Shown: positions 27,778 through 39,785 of the stretch, one piece after another
Layout of the letters: each line of letters starts with the position of its first letter
Numbering within the stretch: position 1 is the stretch's first letter
Assembly (NCBI GenBank): GCA_964016885.1
Contig: OZ024743.1
Span: 281,480,001 to 281,544,000 of the forward strand
Origin: Eledone cirrhosa
Lineage: Eukaryota
Length of the DNA: 64,000 nucleotides
Reading direction: 5' to 3'
Notes under the pieces: generated by a model
Database searches by the model: none
Told to the model about the DNA's origin: nothing
Seen by the model: only the letters and a program-made list of their open reading frames with translations
Made by a program: the position numbers and the translations under genes

Positions 27778-29143
27778 AGGTCACCAGTTGGTGCTACTGG
27801 TAACATGTATCCCAGTACAACCTGTCTCATGGTCGGGTCGTTGGCGACTAAACTGACAACCCCACCAAGGTTTCTTGGTGAGGAGGGTGACTTTGGACAT
27901 CCTGCAGGACTAAAAACAAAACCTGTCAAAGGGCAAAGGAGCTCTTAAGAGTCAATGGCCATCCAAAATCACCGGGAGAGATGACCCCTTAGCCTTTGTC
28001 AAGGCAGAATTCTAGGAGAAGGAAAACTCTGATATAACACCTGCAACCCTGATGGTATCCAATGATGTTGACTTGTTCTTCTTTTTGGTAAATATCATCT
28101 TGGTTAAGGGAGTGGGACTGGCTTTGTGCAGTGCCTTTGCTCACTATAAAAGCTTCACGGCACAGGCATTGCTTTATATCTGGAGATCTTTCTGCACTTG
28201 TCGTTACATGGTACCATGGGCCCAGCACTATGTGTCAATAATTGTCACAGGTGTAGTGTTTGTACCAGAGTTTTCAAGTCGCTGGCTGGACTAAAAAGTC
28301 ATATTCGTTCAGCGCATCGGTAGGGGTTCTCCTAGATGGATATAAAGTATTGGCCGTACTCGAAAACGAGTTGGCAGCCACCATGTATGTATGTATGTAT
28401 GTATGTATGTATGTCAGGTCACCAGTTGGTGCTACTGGTAACATGTATCCCAGTACAACCTGTCCCATGGTCGGGTCGTTGGCGACTAAACTGGCAACCC
28501 CACCAAGGTTTCTTGGTGTGGAGGGTGACTTTGGACATCCTGCAGGACTAAAAACAAAACCTGTCAAAGGGCAAAGGAGCTCTTAAGAGTCAATGGCCAT
28601 CCAAAATCACCGGGAGAGATGACCCCTTAGCTTTTGTCAAGGCAGAATTCTAGGAGAAGGAAAACTCTGATATAACACCTGCAACCCTGATGGTTTCCAA
28701 TGATGTTGACTTGTTCTTCTTTTTGGTAAATATCATCTTGGTTAAGAGAGTGGGACTGGCTTTGTGCAGTGCCTTTGCTCACTATAAAAGCTTCACAGCA
28801 CAGGCATTGCTTTATATCTGGAGATCTCTCTGCACTTGTCGTCACATGGTACCATGGGCCCAGCACTATGTGTCAATAATTGTCACAAGTGTAGTGTTTG
28901 TACCAGAGTTTTCAAGTTGCTGGCTGGACTAAAAAGTCACACTCGTTCAGCGCATCGGTAGGGGTTCTCCTACATGGATATAAAGTAGTGGCCGTACTCG
29001 AAAACGAGTTGGCAGCCACCATATATATATAGATGTATATGTATGTATGTATATATGTATGTATGTATATGTATGTATGTATATGTATGTATGTGTGTAT
29101 GTATATGTGTATATATATATATGTATATGTGTATGTATATATG

Positions 29144-29176
<33 letters not shown>

Positions 29177-31795
29177 GTGTATGTATATATGTATATATAT
29201 ATGTATATATGTATGTATATGTGTATGTATATATGTATATATATATATATATATGTATGTATATGTATATATGTATATATATATATATGTGTATGTATAT
29301 GTGTATATATATATATATGTATGTATATGTGTATGTATATATGTATATATGTATATATGTCAGGTCACCAGTTGGTGCTACTGGTAACATGTATTCCAGT
29401 ACAACCTGTCCCATGGTCGGGTCGTTGGCGACTAAACTGGCAACCCCACTAAGGTTTCTTGGTGAGGAGGGTGACTTTGGACATCCTGCAGGACTAAAAA
29501 CAAAACCTGTCAAAGGGCAAAGGAGCTCTTAAGAGTCAATGGCCATCCAAAATCACCGGGAGAGATGACCCCTTAGCCTTTGTCAAGGCAGAATTCTAGG
29601 AGAAGGAAAACTCTGATATAACACCTGCAACTCTGATGGTATCCAATGATGTTGACTTGTTCTTCTTTTTGGTAAATATCATCTTGGTTAAGAGAGTGGG
29701 ACTGGCTTTGTGCAGTGCCTTTGCTCACTATAAAAGCTTCACGGCACAGGCATTGCTTTATATCTGGAGATCTCTCTGCACTTGTCGTCACATGGTACCA
29801 TGGGCCCAGCACTGTGTGTCAATAATTGTCACAAGTGTAGTGTTTGTACCAGAGTTTTCAAGTCGCTGGCTGGACTAAAAAGTCACACTCGTTCAGCGCA
29901 TCGGTAGGGGTTCTCCTACATGGATATAAAGTAGTGGCCGTACTCGAAAACGAGTTGGCAGCCACCATGTATATATGTATGTATATGTGTATGTATATAT
30001 GTATATGTATATATATATATATGTATGTATATATATATATGTCAGGTCACCACTTGGTGCTACTGGTAACATGTATTCCAGTACAACCTGTCCCATGGTC
30101 GGGTCGTTGGCGACTAAACTGGCAACCCCACCAAGGTTTCTTGGTGAGGAGGGTGACTTTGGACATCCTGCAGGACTAAAAACAAAATCTGTCAAAAGGG
30201 CAAAGGAGCTCTTAAGAGTCAATGGCCATCCAAAATCACCGGGAGAGATGACCCCTTAGCCTTTGTCAAGGCAGAATTCTAGGAGAAGGAAAACTCTGAT
30301 TAAACACCTGCAACCCTGATGGTTTCCAATGATGTTGACTTGTTCTTCTTTTTGGTAAATATCATCTTGGTTAAGAAAGTGGGACTGGCTTTGTGTAGTG
30401 CCTTTGCTCACTATAAAAGCTTCACAGCACAGGCATTGCTTTATATCTGGAGATCTCTCTGCACTTGTCGTCACATGGTACCATGGGCCCAGCACTATGT
30501 GTCAATAATTGTCACAAGTGTAGTGTTTGTACCAGAGTTTTCAAGTTGCTGGCTGGACTAAAAAGTCACACTCGTTCAGCGCATCGGTAGGGGTTCTCCT
30601 ACATGGATATAAAGTAGTGGCCGTACTCGAAAACGAGTTGGCAGCCACCATATATATATATATGTATATGTATGTCTGTATATATGTATGTATGTATATG
30701 TATGTATGTGTGTATGTATATGTGTATATATATATGTATGTATATGTGTATGTATATATGTATATATATGTATGTATATATATATATGTATGTATATGTG
30801 TATGTATATATGTATATATATATGTATATATGTATGTATATGTGTATGTATATATGTATATATATATATATATATGTATGTATATGTATATATGTATATA
30901 TATATATATGTGTATGTATATGTGTATATATATATATATGTATGTATATGTGTATGTATATATGTATATATGTATATATGTCAGGTCACCACTTGGTGCT
31001 ACTGGTAACATGTATTCCAGTACAACCTGTCCCATGGTCGGGTCGTTGGCGACTAAACTGGCAACCCCACCAAGGTTTCTTGGTGAGGAGGGTGACTTTG
31101 GACATCCTGCAGGACTAAAAACAAAACCTGTCAAAAGGGCAAAGGAGCTCTTAAGAGTCAATGGCCATCCAAAATCACCGGGAGAGATGACCCCTTAGCC
31201 TTTGTCAAGGCAGAATTCTAGGAGAAGGAAAACTCTGATTTAACACCTGCAACCCTGATGGTTTCCAATGATGTTGACTTGTTCTTCTTTTTGGTAAATA
31301 TCATCTTGGTTAAGAGAGTGGGACTGGCTTTGTGTAGTGCCTTTGCTCACTATAAAAGCTTCACAGCACAGGCATTGCTTTATATCTGGAGATCTCTCTG
31401 CACTTGTCGTCACATGGTACCATGGGCCCAGCACTATGTGTCAATAATTGTCACAAGTGTAGTGTTTGTACCAGAGTTTTCAAGTTGCTGGCTGGACTAA
31501 AAAGTCACACTCGTTCAGCGCATCGGTAGGGGTTCTCCTACATGGATATAAAGTAGTGGCCGTACTCGAAAACGAGTTGGCAGCCACCATATATATATAT
31601 ATGTATATGTATGTATGTATATATGTATGTATGTATATGTATGTATGTGTGTATGTATATGTGTATATATATATGTATGTATATGTGTATGTATATATGT
31701 ATATATATGTATGTATATATATATATGTATGTATATGTGTATGTATATATGTATATATATATGTATATATGTATGTATATGTGTATGTATATATG

Positions 31796-31826
<31 letters not shown>

Positions 31827-33921
31827 ATGTATATATGTATATATATATATGTGTATGTATATGTGTATATATATATATATGTATGTATATGTGTATGTAT
31901 ATATGTATATATGTATATATGTCAGGTCACCAGTTGGTGCTACTGGTAACATGTATTCCAGTACAACCTGTCCCATGGTCGGGTCGTTGGCGACTAAACT
32001 GGCAACCCCACCAAGGTTTCTTGGTGAGGAGGGTGACTTTGGACATCCTGCAGGACTAAAAACAAAACCTGTCAAAGGGCAAAGGAGCTCTTAAGAGTCA
32101 ATGGCCATCCAAAATCACCGGGAGAGATGACCCCTTAGCCTTTGTCAAGGCAGAATTCTAGGAGAAGGAAAACTCTGATATAACACCTGCAACCCTGATG
32201 GTTTCCAATGATGTTGACTTGTTCTTCTTTTTGGTAAATATCATCTTGGTTAAGAGAGTGGGACTGGCTTTGTGCAGTGCCTTTGCTCACTATAAAAGCT
32301 TCACGGCACAGGCATTGCTTTATATCTGGAGATCTCTCTGCACTTGTCGTCACATGGTACCATGGGCCCAGCACTGTGTGTGAATAATTGTCACAAGTGT
32401 AGTGTTTGTACCAGACTTTTCAAGTCGCTGGCTGGACTAAAAAGTCACACTCGTTCAGCGCATCGGTAGGGGTTCTCCTACATGGATATAAAGTAGTGGC
32501 CGTACTCGAAAACGAGTTGGCAGCCACCATCTATATATGTATGTATATGTGTATGTATATATGTATATGTATATATATATATGTATGTATATATATATAT
32601 GTCAGGTCACCACTTGGTGCTACTGGTAACATGTATTCCAGTACAACCTGTCCCATGGTCGGGTCGTTGGCGACTAAACTGGCAACCCCACCAAGGTTTC
32701 TTGGTGAGGAGGGTGACTTTGGACATCCTGCAGGACTAAAAACAAAACCTGTCAAAAGGGCAAAGGAGCTCTTAAGAGTCAATGGCCATCCAAAATCACC
32801 GGGAGAGATGACCCCTTAGCCTTTGTCAAGGCAGAATTCTAGGAGAAGGAAAACTCTGATTTAACACCTGCAACCCTGATGGTTTCCAATGATGTTGACT
32901 TGTTCTTCTTTTTGGTAAATATCATCTTGGTTAAGAGAGTGGGACTGGCTTTGTGTAGTGCCTTTTCTCACTATAAAAGCTTCACAGCACAGGCATTGCT
33001 TTATATCTGGAGATCTCTCTGCACTTGTCGTCACATGGTACCATGGGCCCAGCACTATGTGTCAATAATTGTCACAAGTGTAGTGTTTGTACCAGAGTTT
33101 TCAAGTTGCTGGCTGGACTAAAAAGTCACACTCGTTCAGCGCATCGGTAGGGGTTCTCCTACATGGATATAAAGTAGTGGCCGTACTCGAAAACGAGTTG
33201 GCAGCCACCATATATGTATATATGTATGTATATGTGTATGTATATATGTATATGTATATATACATATGTATGTATATATATATATGTCAGGTCACCACTT
33301 GGTGCTACTGGTAACATGTATTCCAGTACAACCTGTCCCATGGTCGGGTCGTTGGCGACTAAACTGGCAGCCCCACCAAGGTTTCTTGGTGAGGAGGGTG
33401 ACTTTGGACATCCTGCAGGACTAAAAACAAAACCTGTCAAAAGGGCAAAGGAGCTCTTAAGAGTCAATGGCCATCCAAAATCACCGGGAGAGATGACCCC
33501 TTAGCCTTTGTCAAGGCAGAATTCTAGGAGAAGGAAAACTCTGATATAACACTTGCAACCCTGATGGTATCCAATGATGTTGACTTGTTCTTCTTTTTGG
33601 TAAATATCATCTTGGTTAAGAGAGTGGGACTGGCTTTGTGCAGTGCCTTTGCTCACCATAAAAGCTTCATGGCACAGGCATTGCTTTAAATCTGGAGATC
33701 TCTCTGCACTTGTCGTCACATGGTACCATGGGCCTAGCACTATGTGTCAATAATTGTCACAGGTGTAGTGTTTATACCAGAGTTTTCAAGTTGCTGGCTG
33801 GACTAAAGTCACATTCGTTCAGCGTATCGGTAGGAGTTCTCCTACATGGATATAAAGTAGTGGCCGTACTCGAAAACGAGTTGGCAGCCACCATGTATGT
33901 ATGTATGTATGTATGTATGTA
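27775..33921 (+). repeat. Tandem array of eight ~608-bp bipartite non-autonomous RTE-derived units with microsatellite spacers
   Basis: Units 27775-28382, 28413-29020, 29359-29966, 30041-30649, 30980-31588, 31921-32528, 32601-33209, 33286-33892. RTE 5'UTR motif ctaggagaaggaaaactctga, C2H2 like the RTE ORF C-terminus, 3' hairpin, (TATG)n-type tails. Confidence 0.9.
28216..28323 (+). CDS. 35-aa single C2H2 zinc-finger micro-ORF in array unit 1 (copies start at 28854, 29800, 30483, 31422, 32362, 33043; broken copy at 33728)
   Basis: accATGG context; [35 protein letters not shown] fits C-x2-C-x3-F-x5-L-x2-H-x4-H; translation unproven. Confidence 0.35.
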   Translation: MGPALCVNNCHRCSVCTRVFKSLAGLKSHIRSAHR

Positions 33922-34041
33922 ACCAAAGCTTAATATGATTCATTGATTACTCAATGAATATAGTTTTACAATAGATTAAAAGCACTCCGCAAAGAAGTTT
34001 TCTGGAGCTAGTAATATTATTCAATTATTATTATTCATTTG

Positions 34042-34045
<4 letters not shown>

Positions 34046-34110
<65 letters not shown>
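34046..34110. repeat. (TA)n microsatellite
   Basis: Direct reading. Confidence 0.95.
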
Positions 34111-34113
<3 letters not shown>

Positions 34114-34349
34114 CCTGCAACCTCATTGAGTGATAAGTTTTTTCGTTGTTTCTGGTATTGTGTGGCTAGGTCTACCTGCCGCAATTTTCAATTTGTCAAG
34201 CTGTCTAAACGTAGGTTATTACTCTAAGGCCTGCAACATTATCGAGTGCTTTGCTGCTCATTCCTAATGGTAGGTCGTTAGCTTGGCCACAGCCAAAGCT
34301 TCGATTTTACTAAGCTTCCACTTGTATATATATATATATATATATATAT

Positions 34350-34885
34350 TTAGGTCACTCTTCCCTACATGTCTCAGTCCTGGGTGGCCTTTTACATCAC
34401 GGATCACAGGCCTGATTTACTGCCTTGGGTTCTGTTTCCCTCATGGACTCAACTCCCATCCCCAATTTATTTAATACCTTGTCCGTTATCACACACACGC
34501 TTGTACATTCACCCCAGATTTCTATGGCTATCTTATGGTCAGAAACATATACTCTTACAGCCAATACAGACCAACAAAATACGCACACTCCACTTTTCCC
34601 TTTTCACCCTTTTCCAATTCCACCCCGCCCGTCCCTTCAATCTATCTAATTTTTCATTCTTTCTTCTGATGAAGAATTAGTGTCCGAAATGTAAGACCCT
34701 CTTCCTGCTATTTCAAGCGTTAGCCTAATATATCCCTTCCATATACTGATATACTGCACCTATTGTGTTGTTATTTCTGTTTACCTTTTAAATATGGTGT
34801 CCAAATCCTGATTTGAAAGACTTCGCCAGGTGGTGCTATTAAGTTAGACATGGCCTGGGACAATACTGGCCGAAACCTATCAAAG
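34350..34885 (+). mobile_element. Penelope-like element 3' end (GIY-YIG C-terminus and pLTR)
   Basis: LIYCLGFCFPHGLNSHPQFI* (PxGLN terminus) ending 34474; flanked by (TA)n on both sides. Confidence 0.75.
34660..34697 (+). ncRNA. Degenerate minimal type I hammerhead ribozyme in the Penelope pLTR
   Basis: tctt-CTGATGA(34666-72)-agaattagtgtcc-GAAA(34686-89)-tgta-aga; stems II and III are mutated. Confidence 0.5.
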
Positions 34886-34934
<49 letters not shown>

Positions 34935-35307
34935 CGTGCGTGTGCGTGCTCGTTTTATACATATTTATGTGTGTATATTTATATACGTTTATTTAATTAT
35001 GTATACACACACACACGTGTATATATATATATGTTTTATTTATTTTTTATGTGTATTTGGTGTATACGTTCGTATGTGTGCGGTACAGGCGTTTCGTGGG
35101 TCCTGTATGTGCGTGTGTGTGGGTTTTTTTTTGGGGGGGGGGGGTTGTGTCTACACGCTTGTATTTGCATACCCGTGGGGAGTGGTTTCGCGTATGCTTG
35201 TGTACGTACGTATATGGATGTGTGTATGTATATATTTAATTTCAATTACCTCTGCATTTTATTTATTTATTCTTAACTCTGAAGCCGAGAATCATTCGGT
35301 TTCCTGA

Positions 35308-35588
35308 ATAGAATTTTAGTCTACAACTTCAGTTATACCATTTACGTGGTTCTGTCTTTGCGTGTAATTGTTCTCGTTGGTCCACATAATGACGTATTAT
35401 CTTCTTTTTTTTTCGTTCATTGCCAGAGAACGTCTCCATGAACCACCTAATAGAATATTAGTCTATGACTTCGTTTATACCATAAACGTGGTTTTGTCTT
35501 CGCGTGTAATTGTTTTCACTGCACCAAATAATGACGTATTATCTTCGTTTTTTTTCGTTCTTTGCCAGGGAACGTTTCCACGAACCAA
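35308..35588. repeat. Two diverged ~140-bp direct repeats
   Basis: tagaattttagtctacaacttc...catgaacca, then tagaatattagtctatgacttc...cacgaacca. Confidence 0.8.
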
Positions 35589-35734
35589 AGTATCGTCTTC
35601 CTTCGGTTGCAACGTTTTTTGAAATATTTACTTCTGCGTTCACAGATTGACTTTTTTAGTTTCAGAAGATCCCGTTAAGGGTCAAAGCAGCGATTCTTTG
35701 CTTAAACTTTAATCTGTTATTTTAATATATATAT

Positions 35735-35877
35735 ATAGTAATATGGACGTAAACAAGAAAAGAAACCCTTCAACCATTCACCAGCTGTTAAAACAATGTT
35801 TTAAGCGCCGAAACATATATGATCGCAGTTAACAGCCGATGAAGGATTTCTTCTCTTGTTTACGTCCATATTACTAT
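35735..35877. mobile_element. Inverted-repeat Penelope-like pLTR remnant with partial hammerhead
   Basis: 24-bp perfect arms atagtaatatggacgtaaacaaga / tcttgtttacgtccatattactat; loop has a ttaaaac-aat-gttttaa hairpin, GAAA and catatatg. Confidence 0.6.
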
Positions 35878-36036
35878 CTTACACTTTCCAGGAGTGTAAC
35901 GCCATTACCACCAAAGAGGTCCCACGAGCCATTGATTACAGAGTCGGGCTAGATCGATACAGATCGAACCTTGAGAGTGAAACGCACGTCATCAACCAAT
36001 AAACGTAATGAAGGAGTAACCACTCGTCCTTGTTTT

Positions 36037-36068
<32 letters not shown>

Positions 36069-36202
36069 CAATATATTAATAAATGGAAACTATATTTATA
36101 AAACCCTATTTATTTTATTATATATATTTCAAGGGCAACCAAGGCAAATTATGGTGCGCTTTCATCAGATAAAATACAGATTTGTTATATAAATATAACC
36201 TC

Positions 36203-36319
<117 letters not shown>

Positions 36320-36460
36320 CCTGACGACGAAATGATTCTCTATATTTTCTTCGGAAAGTATATTTATTCCATTTCAGAAACTAATTAGTTGGGAGTGAAA
36401 TTTTAGTAAGTTAATTTTATAATTTTCTTATTTTACGTCTCTCATATTATTGTTCTGCAA

Positions 36461-36491
<31 letters not shown>

Positions 36492-37906
36492 TGTATTTGT
36501 GCGCGTACACACACATACAAATAGTCTTGTATTTTGAATATGACGAATGAGAGGGGGTGTATTTCGATCAACTGAAACTATCCCCCCAAATTTCAAGATC
36601 AAACCTCCCTTATTCATGTAGAACATTCCTAAAACCTGAGCTAATCGAAGTTTTATATAATCACTTAGATAATAAGAGACCTATAAGTTAACTTGGTGAA
36701 AGCCACGGGCACGTTTCAATCATATTAGATTTCCTCAGTGAAGTATCTTCACTTAGCTTGTTGGGTAAACTATAATGTGGCCAAATATATATTGGAAAGG
36801 AGAAAGAAATTATGCATTGATTACTTTTGTCGATAAAAGTAGATCCTCAACACGTTTTTTCACTCTTCCTTTTACTTTTGTTTTCTCTTTTCTTGTCGCA
36901 CCACCAAACAATTATCTCTTCTCTTTGTGTTTGCAATGAAGGACTAGCTCATGAAATGTTAATACTCTTTTATTACCTCTTTGAAGCGTTAAATGAATAA
37001 ACTATTATTGTAATGTGTTGTCTTCAGATGCTGTTATTTTATCCTATTTTATTTTTTACTGAATAAAGATAATAAAGAAAAGAGCGGATTCTTAAGTCTC
37101 TTAGAGGACAAGACAACTTCACCAGTGTTGGTACAACGATAAAATGCACCCACTACATATGTAAAACGATTGGCAAACAAACGGAGACCACATAGGGTAG
37201 AAAGAACTGCCTAGTTTCATCGATTGGCATAATAAAATGTACAAAGGGAGATAACTCATAAAAAATTGGAAATAAAAATACAACTGTAGATTTAATCTGT
37301 CGCCCGAAAAGACGTAAAGACACTCCCCCTATATATGTCTCCTTCAGTTATGGGTGGAAAGGCTTGGACAAATTTTATTTTTATTTTTACGAAAGATCAG
37401 TCTTGAACTGGTATTTCATTTATCGACCCCGAAAGGATGAAGGGCGAAGGATTGACCTCGGCGAAAGAACCGGAACAAATACCGCGAAGCATTTTAATCA
37501 GCCACTAAAAATTGCGCCAATTCACCGTGCGCGCTCACACACATACATGTGTGTATATGAGCGAAGTAAACACATACATATATATGTGTTTACTGTTTTT
37601 GTCCGTAAGTTAGATTTCGACAAAAAAAGATCGATAAAATAAGTACCAGACTTGAAATAAAATATGTATTGGGATCGATATGATCGACTAAATTCCAAGG
37701 CGGTGCCCTAACATGGCCGTACTCTAATGACAGCAACAAATAAAATAAGAAAATATATATAAATAAAGGGAGGGAGAGAGAAAGATATATATATATCAGG
37801 ATGTGTGTCAGAAAAGCGGATGTGGAAGAGTGCATGTATTTCACTATACGTGTATACGTGAGTTTATAAACAGATTTACAAAGGACGCACTGTTCGAGTA
37901 TTAGAT

Positions 37907-38471
37907 ATGCAGCATCTACACCCTACTGTCGTTAGCAGTGGTCTATTCCGCCTTCCTGTTATCTTAAGGTGTAGCCGTCACTTCTCAGAAATCTCCTCCA
38001 CCCCTGCAACTGTTAATCCTTCTTCGTCTATTAATATTAAGGCTGCGAGATGGTGGATTTCCAAAGCAGTCGAACAACAAAGCGCGGGAGAGATAGTAGG
38101 AGTTCATCAGAGCCTCTCGTCTACAAACAACAATAAGAACAACAAAGGTAGTGGCGGTGGTAGAGGCCTCAATATCATTGACAGCAGTAATATTGACATA
38201 AGTAGACACAGCAGTAGTTGTAGTAACAGTAGCAATCGCCTACCCACATTGCTCCCCCCTGCCAATAGATCGAGTCCTGCTCGTGTGGTAAGCAATCAGC
38301 GACCAACTTCGCTAATTCGACCGTTGCCATTATTACATCAGCGTCATTCACTTTCGCTCTTCTCTTTCGGTGTGCAGCGACGCTTATTTTCTTTACAAAC
38401 AGAAATCATGTCCTCGTATACAATCATCGAGAAAGGGGTTCCCAACACTAAGAACTACAAAATATATTACA
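37907..38471 (+). CDS. PPA: Inorganic pyrophosphatase (family I, PPA1/PPA2-like) exon 1, with long N-terminal extension; second in-frame ATG at 38408
   Basis: ORF ends MSSYTIIEKGVPNTKNYKIYY, the typical PPase N-terminus; donor GTGAGT at 38472, phase 1. Confidence 0.85.
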
Positions 38472-39644
38472 GTGAGTACTTATCTTACTTTTACTTTACT
38501 CTTCTTAGTCGCATTTTTATTAATTTTCATCTCGTTTAGTTATTATCGAGTCCATTCTTTTTATATATCACGTATCCTCTTTTATCCGCACCTGCCTTAT
38601 TAGCAATTTAGTTGCCTTTGTGTTTATGTATCTAATTAGCTATCTGCCTGGCTGCATCTGCTGGTCTATTCGTCTGAAGTGAAATTTCAGCTCTAAATTT
38701 AATTTCAGTTGATTAATAGCCCCCTTCTCTTTCCCCAAACATCTGACGTATGATCAACATTGTATAATTCTTCGCAAATAAAGTAAGTCACATATTTTAA
38801 TTTAGAAAGTAGAGGATGTTAAAACTGAATAGTAGCCGGTAAAAGTGCTGATTTTGAACCGGGTTTGCACGTGGCTGCTTCATATTTCCATCTCAGTAGT
38901 TGTATCTAACATTTTGTCATCAGCATTCTTTCCTATTGTTGTCAGAATGTGAATTCGGTATTCTGCCTGCTGTTATTCTTGCATTTCTTTAAAACGACAA
39001 AGTACTTCTGAAAGTGTGTCAATAAATTATAATTCCACTTCTACCTTAATCACTGGAATAAAAAAAACATTCTGCTGTTGACGTAATGGATTTTAACGCA
39101 GTTTTGTTTTGGCAACTAATAATAGGGATGTAATCATAAGTTTAACTACTTTGAATTAGGATGATTTTGTTTGTTATTTAAATGTCCTATTGTGACAAGA
39201 CTCGTGTTTAAAAGGGAGAGGAAGGGGATAGGGGATATGCACTGTATTTTCTATGCCCGACGTAAATTATGTGAAATAATTATAACCATAGTCTCTTTTG
39301 TCTTGCCGGCATCGCTTCTTCTATTGTGCAATCCGTATCTAAGAGGGAACCCTTTATATATTCGGTCAACCTAGGAAATAGCAGCCAAATTTCCAGCAAT
39401 CGACACCAGCCATCCTTTATGAGGACATGATTATTTGCATATCCATAGAAAGAGGGGATCGGTCATTGCTAGAATGCCTAAGACCCTAAGATTGCTGGAT
39501 CAGAGTTTAACTGGGGTTACACAACTTACTAAAAGAATTGGCATTGATTTATATTTAACATTGCAGCTGTAACATTAGAACTGAATACATCACTCATCAA
39601 TGGTTTATACCATTGTTATTCATTACCATTATCAACATGCTTTG

Positions 39645-39785
39645 CAGCATAGTTACGTCCCTTTACGATCTGAGTTCAAATCCCGCCGAGGTTGACTTTG
39701 CCTTTCATCCTTACGGGGTCGATAAAATAAAGTACCAGTAATGCACTGGATAATTGCTGGTCTTGTGCCTAAAGTAGAAACAATT
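39645..39785 (+). mobile_element. tRNA-derived SINE fragment
   Basis: gagttcaaatcccgccgaggttgactttgcctttcatcc...gtcgataaaataaagtaccag; also 41780-41950 and 49620-49800. Confidence 0.75.

Noticed and set aside
27775-27891. Annotating a canonical twister or HDV ribozyme as a feature
   Set aside because: The twister UAA cleavage loop and P2/P4 pairs are imperfect, and HDV P1/P3 cannot be completed; kept only as a hypothesis
27989-28294. Repeated 79-80 aa ORFs (MVSNDVDL..., MLGPWYHV...)
   Set aside because: No recognisable domain; they recur only because the unit is repeated and are truncated in some copies
28947-32094. Long Y/V/C/M/I-rich ORFs (up to 223 aa)
   Set aside because: Translations of stop-free TA/TG microsatellite spacers
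27775-33921. CRISPR-like repeat/spacer array
   Set aside because: Repeats are ~608 bp, spacers are microsatellites, there are no cas genes and the context is eukaryotic
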